Assembly (NCBI RefSeq): GCF_004010195.1
Contig: NC_057718.1
Location: forward strand, 39,353,143 to 39,417,142
Direction: 5' to 3'
Length of the DNA stretch: 64,000 nucleotides
Origin: Chiloscyllium plagiosum
Taxonomy: Eukaryota
The notes below the pieces were generated by a model. That model worked only from the letters and a program-made list of their open reading frames with translations. It had not been told where the DNA came from and made no database searches. This document shows, piece by piece, positions 25,571-40,410 of the stretch. The translations under genes were made by a program, and so were the position numbers. Position 1 is the stretch's first letter; every line of letters starts with the position of its first letter.

Positions 25571-28500
25571 GGATGGATCTTGCACCCAAAACTGTACATC
25601 CATGATGCACTGTGGACCATCAGCAGCACTGATACACAATCTGTCACCTCACAGCCTGTCATAACTTCACTCTATCGTGATTATCAAGTTGAGGGACCAA
25701 TCCTAATTCAGTGAAGACTGCAGGAGGACAAACCAGGAGCAGCAGCAAACATACCTGAAAATGAGATGTCAACCTGGTGAAGTTACAGTACAGGACTATT
25801 TGCATACAAAACAAAGCAAGTTGTGATGGAGAGGTCTAAGCGACCCAACAAGCAACAGATCAGATTTAAGTTCCATAGTCCTGCTACGTCCAGTTGTGAT
25901 GCTTGTGGACAATTAAATTGCTGACACATCTCTACAGCCAAATTCATAAGGGTCAGAATTTTTGTTGTACAGACTACACATCGCTAGTTAAGATGCGTCA
26001 ATGTCTATTTATAAAACTTGCTCTACACTGCAAACACATTGCCGCATTGATGGCATTCAGGTGAGAGAACACTTCAATATTAACCCCCCACAATCATGCT
26101 CTCAAATAGTTTTGCATTTATGGTGGTCACAGCAATCCCTTCCATTCAAACCTACTCAATAATATGATCAACCTCAATTGAACACCTTGGCTGAGAATGC
26201 ACAAAACTGAAGGTAGTGGACTTGAGGAAGAGTTGATATTTTACAACTGAGATGCTGACCACATTTCCAAGTAAAAGTTCAATTTTACATTTTCTGCTGA
26301 GTAAGGATCATCATCAAGACACACATATTACAAACGCATGAGGAACAAATAATTATCATGCTTCTCATTCCTATCCTATCTTGCTTGAAGCGAATCTTGC
26401 CATGAGGTCTGCATCTCATTAAGAAGATTCAAATGCTTTAAGTTAATACTACACAAGCATATAAAAGATACTAGGGGCATTAAACCTTCAATAATTCAAG
26501 GCTATTAGAAGACTTTAAATTAGAAATGTAAAAGAGAAAAATTCCTTTCAGTGGAAGCATAGTTCACATTGCAACAACTCATCTTGATGACAAAGGTACA
26601 TGCTGATTCATTTCAGATAGCTGGTAATTGCTAACCCCAGCATCATAACCAAGACTTCAAAGCACTCAGAATTTGAAGAGGATGGCAGTTTTGAAGTCTT
26701 AGCAGGATTTTTACTATGGAAACCAATTACAAGCATTACCTCAAAATCATATCAGTAAGTCAAAAGGACCAAACATCACTTGATAAGCATTTAATAATAA
26801 TTAATGTCAAACACCAGACCTTTTCTATTTTTGTATAATTGTTCTCTTTCAATGGTACACATAGCAAAATGTACATTATGTGCAGTATTAAGTGTTCTGT
26901 GATTAACGATCAATAGAATTTATATTACTCAGTTTCTTTGCACATAGATGGAGAGCTGTCATTTCAGTTATTTTCAATTTTCATTGCAGGATTCATATAG
27001 GATAGTGTCAATCCTATATGACATATACTGTTTGGTAAAGGAGCATTCAATTCTATTTTAACTATTGACTACAAAAAATTTGCAGAACATCAAAAATGAG
27101 AAATACAATATTATACAAACATAACTTTATATATTAATAATAGCTTTATATTGTTTAATTACGTTTATATTAATTATCTTAAAAATAGAAAGAAATTCAC
27201 ATACAACAATTTATATCTAGAAAAAATGACCATTGTTTTATGGGCAAACATGACAGTCATTTCATCACACAGCTTTAAACAGACAAAAAAAAAATGAATA
27301 GGTTATCTGCTCCTAATTGCATTTCAACACCTCACTGCTAAAAGGTGACCTTTAGCTGATCATCAAATTTCACAGCCAGAAGTATGGACATAAGCGAGGA
27401 TTTAACATTATGTATAAAAATTATAATGGTGAATAATTTAATGAAAACTTCATTAGTATGAGCAAAAAAAAAAGAACAAATGGTGCACATTTCTAATGGA
27501 TCTAGTGATTTCAATCGACCTGTAACAACGCACCTCTGTGGTAGGTGAGACTTAAACACCTCTTTGAATACTGACTCAGGTCAGTCTATTGAATATACAT
27601 TTCTTTTCAATTGGTTTGCACTTAGAACTTCCATTATTAATACAGTTTGTGAATCAGAGATTGTGAATTCAAGCTACACTGAAGACTTGTGCAGAAAATC
27701 TAGCAGAACGTTGCAGTGTATCACAGAGGGAGCCCTGCACCATCATCTGGAAGAGTCACTAAACCAATGCCCCATTAGCCCTTTCAGGCCATGTAACAGA
27801 TCCTGTGGCACTGTTTTGGAGTGTAACAAGGAAATTCTTTCTGGTGTCCTGGTCAACGGACAGGGATGCTCTCCTCCAAACATCTATGACACACTTAATG
27901 GAAAGCAAAATGACTTAATTTGAAAAAATTGGGAAAAAAAGGCCAGATTTAGTCCTCAAACCTTAGATAGCGAATTCAGAATCTCACCCTCGAGTGACAA
28001 CAAGATATACATTTGCACTTCATTAATACCACAGCTCACTGGATTAAACATCACACTTCCAATTTTCCTCTCCTCCATCAAGAAACTAGACAGTGCAAAA
28101 CTTGACAGGTAATACAGGGCGCAGCTTGCAGTATGGTTATGCCAAGCTCTAAACTCTCTTTACATAGAATTGCTTCTCCTACACACGAACCCTGCATGTC
28201 AATGGCTGCAATCCTCTCCAGCCCTTAATCGACACAGCTTAGCATCACTTAGGGACCAGCATCACAACATCATGCCAGCATTTGGACCAATGAGCCACCA
28301 TTTCTGGTCCTTGGACATCTAATTTGGAGCTGAGGTGCATCTAGGACTTACATACATGGCCAGGTTGCTTTACACTCAAGGGCAGCCAGATATCTAATCT
28401 ATTGATACAGATTTTTCAGCTGCAGGCCTTTAGATAATTCTTAACACATAAGGCCTTGAGCACGTACTTAGAGGCAAGCAGCCTCTGGGATTTAACCTGC

Positions 28501-28824
28501 TTTTCAGTGCAGAATGACAGGCAGGCAGCTTGTGGCAGAGCGAAGCATTGAGGAATAAATACATCAGTCAGAGAAGAGGTGGTCAGATGCTGCGTCAATA
28601 TCAGGGCTGCAGCATTAACCAGCAGTATACATGGTAAACATACTGCATGTGCTTGAAGTACATGGTCATAGGCAAAAGTCAAAAGGGTTGAGTACTTTGT
28701 GCGGTGAAGGGGTCTGCAGTCAGTTGGTAGGGGGGGGGATGCAGCCAGTATAGGAGCTGATTCAATTACAATCCAGAAGATCAGTCACAGTCGATGGTCA
28801 CAGCCAATGAGCCAGTGGAATCAA

Positions 28825-29070
28825 AGAGGATGGCAGCTCAGTGGTTCGCACTGCTGCCTCAGAGCACTAGGCTCCCACAGTCCAAAGATGTGCAGGTTAG
28901 GAGGATTGACCATGTTAAATTGCCCTAGTGTTCAGGGATGTGGAGGCTAAGTAGATTAGCCATGGGAAATGTGAGCTAGGGTAGGGGTCTGAGTCAGGTT
29001 GGGATGCTCTTCAGAGAGTCGGTACAGACTTGATGAGCATCTTTCTGCTCTGTAGGGATTCAATGATTCT
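28825..29070 (+). mobile_element. Internally deleted V-SINE
   Basis: gctcagtggttcgcactgctgcctc joined to ctcccacagtccaaagatgtgcaggttagg; tail tgtagggattcaatgattct. Confidence 0.75.
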
Positions 29071-29610
29071 AGTGGGTTGCTTGTGAGAGATGAATGATGC
29101 TTGGCAACTGCAATTTCTTACACCCTAGGGATGTATGAAGAAGCTTCTCATCTGGGAAGGTGCACCTAGAATCAGGCCAAGATCTCTCACCCCCTCTCAC
29201 CTCCCGATTGATGCTGAGCAACTTTAGTTAAAATGATGATGTGCAGGTTTGAATGTATATCCAGCAGTCACTGCTGCACCTGGGTCCCCAAGGTGACTAC
29301 CACTGTTTCCATGGAGACAACCTGGTGCTCGCGTGTCGGAGACACCTCAGCAGAGAGAACCTTGGAGGACTCTGCTACACTTCACTCCAGCCTCTGGCAC
29401 ACCATCATGATTTTCCTGTGCCTGTCTCTGCAGATTGAGCAAATCATTTGTAGCAGAGAGCAGGGGCATGACTTCTGCCTGGGGCTGAGAAGGTACCAGG
29501 TCTCCAGCAATCCTCTGAGTGCCAAAGACAGCAGCATTTCTTCATTTACATATGTGAAAACACTGACTTATCTGAATTAATTTCACATCTTAATTGTGTC
29601 TTATTCTTAC

Positions 29611-29729
29611 CTCAGCCAGCCGTGAATGTTTATGAACACTTTCCCCTTTATGTACAGTTGGAGCAAGCTGCTGTAGAACACCTCTGCTACTTGTAAGGGC
29701 TCTTGTCAAACGGGCAAATTTACCCCAGC
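29611..29729 (-). CDS. KCNH1: KCNH1 exon 5, 119 nt
   Basis: tttacag| (G)[39 protein letters not shown] |gtaaga; includes the N-terminal calmodulin-binding segment. Confidence 0.96.
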
Positions 29730-30139
29730 CTGTAAACACATCAAGCAATTTGAAAACTTATATTACCAAACAAAAACTCTCCTTTAATCTTCAGGTATCA
29801 ACATATTCAATTGTATTTGCCAACCTGTTTAAAAACACATAAAAAAATGGAACAAAGAAAGCAGCATTTGGGAAAATATATCCAGTTTATCACAGATTTA
29901 TCAGGCAATCATTTCTATTATCCCTGAAAGTCAGAATAGATATTATTTTTATGATATTTTAACTGCTATAGATTAAACAAGAAATGATAAAATCATATTA
30001 AAAATTCCAAAAATTACTAATTGTGTCCTAGCATTTTTCAACACTTTCTTTCTTTTGAAAGATTAATGAAACCAGATTTGAAAGTTTTTTTTTAATCTTA
30101 ATTATATTTATTTTAATTTAACCTATTTTTTCTAATGCA

Positions 30140-30236
30140 GGGATGTTATTACACACCTCTGGAGCAGGTGGGAATTGAACCTGGGCCTCCAGGTCCAGGA
30201 GTAAGGATACTACCACAATGCCACAAGAGGGTCCCC
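30140..30236 (-). mobile_element. Truncated tRNA-derived SINE head (related copy at ~44185-44270)
   Basis: Reverse complement: gtggcattgtggtag (A box) ... ggttcaattccc (B box); no complete cloverleaf. Confidence 0.55.
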
Positions 30237-30279
30237 ATATCGAATTCTCAAACAGTCTAAAACAGTTTTGATACAATTT

Positions 30280-32470
30280 ACAGTTGTTCATAATTTACAT
30301 AGATGACTTAGAGTTGGGGACCAAGTGTAGTGTGTCAAATTTCGCACATGACAGTAAGATGAGTGATAGAGCAAAGTGTACAGAGGACACTAAAAATCTG
30401 CAGAGGGATACAGATAGGTTAAGTGAATGGGCAAGGGTCTGGCAGATGGAGAACAATTTTGGTAAATGTGAGGTCATCCATTTTAGTAGAATAACAGCAA
30501 AACAGACTATTACTTAAACAGTGAAAAACAGCAACATGCTGCGGTGCAAAGGGACCTGGCTGTCCTTCTGCATGAATCACAAGAAGTTGGTTTGCAGATG
30601 CAACCGGTAATTAAGAAGATAAATGGAATATTGTTCTTTATTGCTAGATAGATGGAGTTCAAAAATAGGGAGGTTATGCTGCAGCTGTGTAGGGTGCTGG
30701 TGAGGCCATACCTGGAGTATTGTGTATATTTTTGGTCTCCTTACTTGAGAAAGGATGTACTGGTACTGGAGAGGGTGCAGAGGAGATTTCAGAGATTTTG
30801 CTGGGTTTTCTTATGAAGAGAGATTGTGTAGACTGGGATTACACTCAGTGGAATTGAGGGGGATCTTATAGAAACATATAAAATTACGAAGGCAATAGAT
30901 AAGACGGAAACAGGGAGACGGTTTCCACTGAAACAAGAACTAGGGGTGGGCATAGCCTCAAGTTAAGATGCAGCAGAGTTAGGACTGAATTGAGGAGGAA
31001 CTTTTCTACTGAAAGGGTTGTGAAATAGTGGAATTCCATGCCCAGTGAAGCAGCTGAGAATATCTCATTGAATGTTTTAAGGCAAAGATAGATTTTTGAA
31101 CAAAAAAGAAATTAATGGTTATGGTGAGCAGGTGGCTAAGTGGAGCTAAGTCCATGAAAAGATCAGCCATGATCTTATTGAATGGCAGAGCAGGCTACAT
31201 GGGCCAGATGGCCTCCACCTGCTCCTATTTCTTATGTTCTCTTCTGTTCTTATGATGCATCGAAGGCTGAGGGGTGACCTCATAGAGGTTTATAAAATCA
31301 TGAAGGGCATGTATAGACAAAGGCTTTTCCCTGAGGTGGGGGAGTCCAGAACTAGAGGGCATAGATTTAGGGTGAGAGGGGAAAGATATAAAAGGGACCT
31401 AAGAGGCAATTTTTTCACACAGAGGTGGTGCATGTATGGAATAAGCTGCCAGAGGAAGTGGCAGAGGCTGGTATAATTGCAATATTTAAAAGGCATCTGG
31501 ATGGGTATATGAATAGGAAGGGCTTAGAGGGATATGGGTTAAATGCTGGCAAATGGGACTAGATTAGTCTGGGATATCTGGTCGGCATGGACGTGTTGGA
31601 CCAAAAGGTCTGTTTCCATGCTGCACATCTCTATCATGCTATAACCTCTGGGTCTGCCCAGCCCGCTGCCACTACACTATGTGATGACATCAGGACAGGA
31701 AGCCAATGAAGTGATTTTGAAATCAATAGCTTGTACTGTTGTAGGAAATAATGGCAGCCAACTTGAGAACAGCAAATTTCCACAAGAAGCAATGTGGCAA
31801 TGACCAATCTGATTTTGTGATGCCGATTATGTGATGGGCCATGTGAAAAAAGCCTTACTTTTTAGGTTGGAGTGAAGGTTTGGCACATTTACCTTCATTG
31901 GTCACAGAATTGAGTATAGGACTTGGGGTGTCATGTTGCATCTATTCAAGACATTGGTGAGGCCACTTTTGGAGTACTGCCTACAATTCAGGTTGCCCTG
32001 GTATAGGAAGGATGTTATTAAACTAAAAGGGATGCAGAAAAGATTTTATAAAGATGTTACTGAAACTGGAAGATTTGAGTTATAAGAAAAGGCTGGATAG
32101 GCTGGAACTTTCTTCCCTGGAGCAAAGGAGGCTGAGCGGTGACCTTATATAAGTTTATGAAATCATGAGGGGAATAGATAAGATGAATTGCTAAGGTATT
32201 TTCCCCTGGGTAGGGGAGTCCAAAACTAGAGGGCATAGATTTAAGGTGAGAGGGGAAGATTTAAGAGAGACCTGAGAGGTAACCTTTTCACACAGAAAGT
32301 CGTGCAAATATGGAATGAACTGCCAGAGGAAGTGGTAGAGGTGAATACAATCACAAAATTTAAAAGACATTTGGACAGTAAGGTTTAAAAGGATGTGGGC
32401 CAAACGCAGGAAAACTAGTTGGCATGGACTGTTTGGATCAAAGGGTCTGTTTCCACACTATATGATTCTT
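30280..32470 (+). mobile_element. Cluster of three 5'-truncated CR1 fragments (~30280-31250, 31255-31645, 31870-32470)
   Basis: IYIDDL, FAHDSK, LSEWARVWQM, repeated RGDLIEVYKIM/SRTRGH motifs, three separate 3' UTRs. Confidence 0.85.
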
Positions 32471-32639
32471 CAAATAGGTTACTTTGGAATTAATGACTTG
32501 TTGAGTAAAACAAACTTGTTTTAGAATTGGAAATACGAAAAGTGAAAGGCAGAGAATTCAAGCCAAAGTACTAAATAATGCGACCAGAACTAGAAAAGTT
32601 GAAAAGACAAGATTTAAGCCTTGTGTCTTAATGCCCTGA

Positions 32640-35085
32640 GCATCCACAATAATTATAGTGGATGAATTAAACATGCAAATGGATATAAATGGCCATAATA
32701 TGTTTGGGATTACGGAGATGTGGCTGCAGGATGGGAACTAAATATACAGGGGTATTTAGTTTTTAAGAAGGACAGGCAAAGAGGAAGAGGAGGTGAGTAG
32801 CAGTACTGGGTGAAAGATGAAATGAACCGAATAGTGAGGAAAGATATTAGCTCTGGTGAAGTGGAATCTGTATGGGTACAGCTAAGAAACACCAAGGAGC
32901 ATGAAAAGATAATGGGGATTGTATATAGACCCTCTGACAGTAATGGTAATGTTGAGGAATATATTAAACAGGAAATTACAGCTGCAAGCAATACATCTGT
33001 ACAGCTGTAATTATGGATAACTTTAATCTGCATATAGATTGGGACAACCAAATCAGTAAGAATACCACATAAGAGGAATTCCTGGATGGTATACGGGATG
33101 ATTTTCTGAATCAATATGGTGAATAACTAACCAAAGGACAAGCCATCCTTGACTGGACACTGTGTAATGAGAAAGGAATAACTGGCAATCCAGCTGTTTG
33201 AGACTCTGTGGGGAACAGTGACCATAATACGATAGAATTCTTCAGTAAGCTGTAGAGAGACACAGTGATTCTCCAATTAGGGTCCTGATTCTAAATAAAG
33301 GAAACTATGATGGTATGAAGCGCCAGCTGGCCATGATAAATTGGGGAACGCTACTTAAAGGGATGATGGCGGGAAGGCAATGACAAACATTTAATGAGTG
33401 CATGGAGAAACTGTAACAATTGTCCATTTCAATCTGACACAAAAGTACAATGGGAAAGACAACCTGGCCATAGCTATCAAGGGAAATCGGGGACAGCGTA
33501 AGGTCAGAGGAAAGGGCATAAAAATTGGAAAGATTAGTGAAGGTCCCTTACAATCAGGAATAGGGGAGGTTACAATGGGAAATAAAGTGGTGGCAGACCA
33601 ATTAAGCACATATTTTGATTCTATGTTTACAAAGGAGGACACAAATAAAGTCCTAAAGAATGTTGGGGAACACATGGTAAGGAAAGGAACTGAAATAAAT
33701 CAGTATCAGTAGGGAAATCGTGCTAGTCCATTTGGTGGGAGTAAAGGTCAACAAATCTCCAACGGCCAATAATCTACATCCCAGTGCTTAAGGAAATGGC
33801 CCTCGAAATAGTGGGCGCATGGATAGCAATCTTTCAAGATTCTTCAGGCTCTGGAACAGTTCTGACAGATTGGGGAGTAACTAATATAATACTGCTATTT
33901 ACATAAAAGGAGGTTCAGAGAAAACAGGGAATTATGTTCCAATTAGCCTTTCATCAACAGTGGGGAAAATGTTGGTGTCCAGTATAAAAGTTTTAAGAGC
34001 TTTAAACACAGTGACATGGATTTATGAAAGGGAAATCATGCTGAACAAACCTATTGGAAATTTTCAAGGATGAGCCAGTAAAGTTTATTAGGGGGAGCCA
34101 GAGGAGTTAATTTAGTTGGACTTTCATAGGGCTTTCGATTATGTCCCACATAAAAGATTAGCATATAAAATTGAAACACATGAGATTGGGGGGTACTTTG
34201 CAAACATGGGTAAAGAACTGATTGGCAGAGAGAAAACTAAGAGGAGGAATAAACAAATAATTTTCTAAGTGACAGCCAGTGACCAGCATAGTACCACAGA
34301 GATAAGAACTTGGATCCCAGCCATTTACAATGTATATTAATGACAGAACTAAATGTAATATTTCCAGGTTGGGAAACGATACAAAGCTGGGTGGGATGGT
34401 GCACTGCAAGGAGGATATACAGATGCATCTGTGTGATTTGCACAAGTTGAGTATGTAGGCAAATGCATGACAGAAGAATAACAATGTGGATAAATGTGAA
34501 GTTATGCACATTGGCAGCAAAAGCAGGAAGGCAGGTTATTATTTGAAAGGCAATTGGTTCGGGAAAGGGGAGGTGCAGTAAAACCTGGGTGTCCTTTTTC
34601 ACCAATTGCTGAAAGTAAGCAGACAGGTGCAGCAGATTGCATAGCGAGGATTTGTGTAGAGGAGCAGAGAATCTTGCTAACTGATATATGAAGCTAGACT
34701 GGATCAGTTAGAACTATATTCACGGGACTTTGGATGAGCTAACAGGCCTAGATAGGGTAAACACAGGAAGGATGTTACCAATGTCCAGAGAACCCAGTAC
34801 CAGGGGTCACAGTCAAAGGTTACGAATATTTCAGACTGTGATGAGGAGAAATTTGTTCACCCAGACAGCAGTGAACCTGTGGAATTTCCTGTCACAGAAA
34901 GGGGTGGAGTCCAAAACATTGAATGTTTTAAAGAAGGAAACATAGCTCTTGTAGCTATAGGGATTAAAGGGTATGGGCAAAAGGGGAAACAGGACACTGA
35001 ATATGATGATGAGCCATGATTATGTTGAATGGCATGGCAGGCTTGAAAGACCGAATTGTCGACTCCTGCTCCTATTTTCTATGTT
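32640..35085 (+). mobile_element. Older CR1 ORF2 (endonuclease + RT), decayed
   Basis: VESVWVQLRN, GIVYRP, NSDHN, GFMKGKSC, NDTKLGG, WNFL; 3' UTR ctcctgctcctattttctatgtt. Confidence 0.85.
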
Positions 35086-36274
35086 TTGGTATTTGCTTCC
35101 AATAGCTGATTAAGTGAACAAGCTGTTTAGGAAATAACAAATAGGAAGAAAAGAATTCAAAGATAATTTAATTATAGGGGGGGGGGAGTAGATTGGGTAT
35201 CTTTTCTTTTCAAGCAGTTTGTTTTTTTTCAGTTCAGAGCACATTGGATAGAGGAAGCATATCTCTCAAGTCAGACTCTGAAAATTTTGTATGCTGGCAA
35301 GAAGGGTTTAAAAGGACTAAAGGACTTAAAAAACAGTGAGTTAAAATTCAGCGATAGCTAATTTCATGTGGGACCGTGTTAGTTTGCACAATGCAGGATG
35401 CCAGAGTAAAAGAAATATAGACCCAGGAAAGTCACAATTCAAGGTGGCTACTATTAAGATGCCAGCCAATTCTGTTTCCTATATTGAGCTGTTAGCCTAA
35501 ACCATGAGAAATTGGAGCTCCATTGAAGGGATAGCCTTTCTGGAAGTAAGTGGAAAATCTAAGAAACCTCAAACTTTACATGAACATTTGAAACAGTACT
35601 CAGACCAAGTGACCAATCTTTCAATTTCTGAAAAATATCTGATGCAAGTCTTTTGGTTGTGTAAACTAACCAGCTATAGAAGAAAATCTGAGCTTTTAAA
35701 TTTGGTTTATGGTGTAAGTAACAATGTTCATTGTACTTTTAATATCTTTAATGGAACTGACTAGTTAGGGTGGAAGTGTAGTTGTTAGCACTGCAATGTT
35801 CTTTGATTTCTGTGACTAAAATTATATATTTTTAAACTATGAATCTTGTGGCTTCATTCTTTTAGTAAACACTTGGCTTATCATATTTCTGAAAAAAACT
35901 TTGTCTCTACTGAGATCATATTGAATGAAAGAGAAGGTGCCCTTTTCTTCTGCCTCTTTCCCTATTCTGTATTGGGGCAATTTTATAAATGCTTGCTCCT
36001 GGCATAGAAGGCGGCAGATACAGGAGTCGGTGTTAAATTAGTTCCGATATTCAACTGGATCATGGCTGAATTTGCAGTTTAATTGCTTTTGGTCCATATC
36101 CCTCAAGAATGTTATTTATCAAAAATCTCTTAATCTCTGTCTTGAAAATTAAAATTGACCCAACATTCTCAGTGTGTGAGAGGAAGGAGTTCTATAGCTC
36201 ATATCCTTTATGAGAAAACACTCTTCATAATTTTACTGCTAAATAATGTCACTTTAATTTTAAGATGATGCCAC

Positions 36275-36440
36275 AAAATAATCTGGTCATTATCACATTG
36301 CTGTTTGTGGGAACTTGCTGCTCGCAATTAACTGCCTCATCTTTTACTTCATGACAAACTACACTTAAAAGGTATTTCATTAGCAACAAATTGCTTTGAG
36401 ATGTCTGATGGTTATGAAAGGTGCAATATAAGTACAAGGC
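36275..36440 (+). mobile_element. Deu-SINE (SacSINE1/AmnSINE1-like) 3' part; related minus-strand copies at ~31700-31830 and ~59715-60110
   Basis: atctggtcattatcacattgctgtttgtggga.cttgctg...gaaaggtgcaatataagtacaag matches the Deu-SINE 3' region as I recall it. Confidence 0.6.
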
Positions 36441-37580
36441 TTCCTAACCATATTTCCAAGATATAGATGAACATAAATTCATCTTAGGTGTATAGTGCAA
36501 ATTGAGAGATAATGAATCAAAAGTCTTACCCACTTTGGTATAATACAAGCTGCTGATTCATTGGTGCCCTTTTTACCCAACTTATTGTAAAACAGGCTGC
36601 TTACTACCATGTCATATCACCATCCAAGATATATTTCTACTTTACTTAATCCCATTTGATACCTACGTTCACGATAATTAGCTCAAAAGGAACACATATC
36701 TGAGCTATCATAATGTAATCCCTATTTTCTGCTGGGCGTACAAGAGATGCAATTAACCTTAGAACTGGATTTATCAGGAAAGTGCGAGCTAGGTGGTCTC
36801 AAATAAGTCAATGTTTGAAAAGCCTGCCCTCCAGCATATATACACTGGGGTCAGCAGATCAAACTTTCAGCCCTCCACTGACATGAACTCACATCGTTGT
36901 GAGCTGTCAGCCAGTCTGCTTGACCAGCAGCTAAGTAATGATCACTGCTGGAACTACAAGGAGATGTCAGGAGAAAAGACACAGATATCTGTCAGGGAGG
37001 TATCAGAGGGCCTTGAGGGGGAAGCATCAGATACAGGTCAGATATTAAAAAGCAGGCTGGGGGAATTGACAGATGGGGAGGGCGTTGACATCTTTTGGGT
37101 AAAGGCTGTGGATGTACAGGGTACTCTCTGTAGATGTAAGCACGCCAGCCATTCCTGTCTGAAGGATCTCTTTCAAAAACTGCCTTCATAATCTGGCCCA
37201 CGCCATTATTTTATGGCAGCAGAGAAAGATTGAGGCACTTACTTGCCAATTATTGGGCACTTAAGACCTAAGGGCAGACAGCCTAGTACGTGCCTTATGC
37301 ATACCCCATATTAGGGAAACCAGTCTGAAATTGGCAGGAAGGATATGAGCTGGACAGCCAATATATTTTATGTCACCACCTCCACCAAAAAACACACTGA
37401 CCATGGGACCATAAAATACAGCTTTCATTGCTTTATCGAAGTAACTATGTCTAAGCTTTATCCATTTAAGGGAAAGATTTTTTTATCCAACATCCGTTAT
37501 GTTATGTTAGCATATTAAATTAAACATTTTCTTCAAGAACATTAAAAGTGATTCCTAATTTAGTTACTGGAATTTACCTA

Positions 37581-37934
<354 letters not shown>

Positions 37935-39431
37935 TTATCACAATCTTTAACAAGCTAACCTAAATCTAATTATGCCAATCACACCATACCCTCAAAAATG
38001 TAGAACATAGTGCTGTAAAACAAAGATGCATTCTTTAGTAAGAGAGTAATCTAAAATACATCTATGACTGCTTGAAGTACATTGGCAGCAGCAGGTGGAC
38101 ATATACTCCTCGACATTCAACATAATTTCCTTCACGTGCTTCTTTTGCCACTCTGGTTTTCCTTGAAATTCCTCTCTGTGCTGCTTGATGTAGCTATTAA
38201 CAAATTTATTTTAATTGAGCTAACAACTGTGTCAAAGGAAATTAATTGCCACAGATGGTGTGCAGATCTAACCACAACCTTCTGAGTTCTAATCGACATC
38301 AACAATTTTCATTAAATATGAACAAAAGAAAACCAGCTTGACAAAGTAGTAGAAGTCTCATGTATTATCAAGCTAGAAGAAAGCAACACCAGAGTCAAGG
38401 AAGACAAAGTCACTAGAAGGAAATACAAGTTAACTAAATGGAGGTTTTGATGAAGATTTCTACATTTGATCATTATTAATTTTTGCATTGTCTTCTTGTA
38501 ATTCGGTCTTGCAAAATTTTATTTAAATTAAGCATGTGGATGAAAAATAATAGTTGATTAAAGTGTTACAAATTAAAGTTGTTGGAATATTGTGTTGAAT
38601 AAAACTTTTGAATTGAATTAAGAGCATTTGGAATCCTCTGTCGCAGAACGCAAGTGAGGCCAAAACATTGAATATTTTCATGAAGGAGTTAAGATACAGA
38701 TCTTTGGGCCATAAGGATCAAAAGGTATGGTGTGAAAGCCAGTACAGGACACTGAATTGGATGATTAGCCATGATCATATCAAATGGTGGAGCAGGTTCG
38801 AAGGGCTGAAAGGCCTACACTTACTCCTATTTTCTACATTTCTGTTTACTCTGCTACAGAATTATGTATCTCAGGAAATAGATTAGCCACATGATTTGTC
38901 ATATACAACCAATTAGATCTAGTTCTAAAATGTAACCTTATTTTTGTTAGAAGCATGCAGAACACAGATACTAAACAGTAAAGGTACTTTTCAAGTCAAT
39001 TGTGAATCAGAGACATCTATTCATGTTTTCAACTGTGCTAAAGTACAGCTGTGAGAGCATCAGTTCCAATGGTATATTCTAAGTTAGTTCGAGACAATTT
39101 AAAGACAGGAGTGAACTTAAAAAGGTGCAACGTTTCATGAATTGTTATCATAAAACATCTGAAAATATTAAAATGCCATGAAATCAGACTAGCAGTACTT
39201 TGGAAAATCTCCTAAAATTATGGACAAAATTCTAATTAGTGCTTTCCACAATATACAACAAAACTTTCAAAACTAATGCACTCCTATCGTCTTTGCTTTA
39301 CTTTTTTAAAATTCAATGTAAATTATCTTTGCAAAATTGCCCTATGGCATGAAATTGATTTGATTTGAGACGTCTTTAATTATTTAGCAAAAATACACAT
39401 TATGGTGCCTGAACTAAAATGTCTAAGCTAC

Positions 39432-40080
39432 TGAAGAAGTGGAGAGGCTGCAGAAGAATCTAGACAGTTTGGAGGAGTGGTCCTGGAAATGGTTGATGGA
39501 ATTCAATGTGAGCAAATGCGAGGTCTTGCACTTTGGGAAAAAGAATAGAAGCATGAATTACTTTCTAAACGGTGAGAAAATTCGTAAAGCCAACGTACAG
39601 AGGGATCTGGGAGTGCTAGTTGAGGATTCTCTAAAGATAAACATGCAGATTGAGTCCGTGATTAAGAAAGCGAATGCAACGTTGTCAATTATCTCAAGAG
39701 GGTTGGAATATAAAAACACTGTTGTGCTACTGAGACTTTATAAAGCTCTGGTTAGGCCCCATTTGGAATACTGTGTCCAGTTATTGGTCCTGAACACAGC
39801 CTTAGAACTAGAGTGGGGTAAATTCAGAACAGAAATGCGGAGACATTTCTTCAGCCAGAGAGTGGTGGGCCTGTGGAATTCATTGCCACAGAGTGCAGTG
39901 GAGGCTGGGACGCTAAATGTCTTCAAGGCAGAAATTGATAAATTCTTGATGTCACAAGGAATTAAGGGCTACGGGGAGAATGCGGGTAAGTGGAGTTGAA
40001 ATGCCCATCAGCCATGATTGAATGGCGGAGTGGACTCGATGGGCCGAATGGCCTTACTTCCGCTCCTATGACTTATGGTC
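39432..40080 (+). mobile_element. CR1 3' fragment with internal deletion
   Basis: 186-aa ORF: WLMEFNVSKCEV...LYKALVRPHLEYCVQ fused directly to ...FRTEMRRHFFSQRVV. Confidence 0.9.
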
Positions 40081-40315
40081 TAATTTTGAATATACAGGCT
40101 ATTCTCAGTGCGTGAACGGTCTAAGGCACAAAGATTGTGGACACGAAGCACATACATGTTTTTGGCCAGAAACATACCACCTGCTATTTTATGTAGCAAC
40201 AGGACTACATGAAACGTAGTCAATCGCAGCTTGTTAGCAGCATGAGAAATCAAGTCTGAAAGAAAATTTGGTTTGGTTCTCAGGTTGGTATAGGCCAGCA
40301 AGTGAAGTTGTTAAA

Positions 40316-40410
40316 TTCCTGAAGAAGGGCTCATGCCCGAAACATCAATTCTCCTGCTCCTTGGATGCTACCTGACCTGCTGCGCTTTTCCAGCAACACA
40401 TTTTCAGCTC
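40316..40410 (+). mobile_element. 95-nt single-arm Penelope-derived insertion starting at a hammerhead core
   Basis: Same sequence as the right arm of 20164-20374; 11-bp TSD AAGTTGTTAAA (40305-40315 / 40411-40421). Confidence 0.88.
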
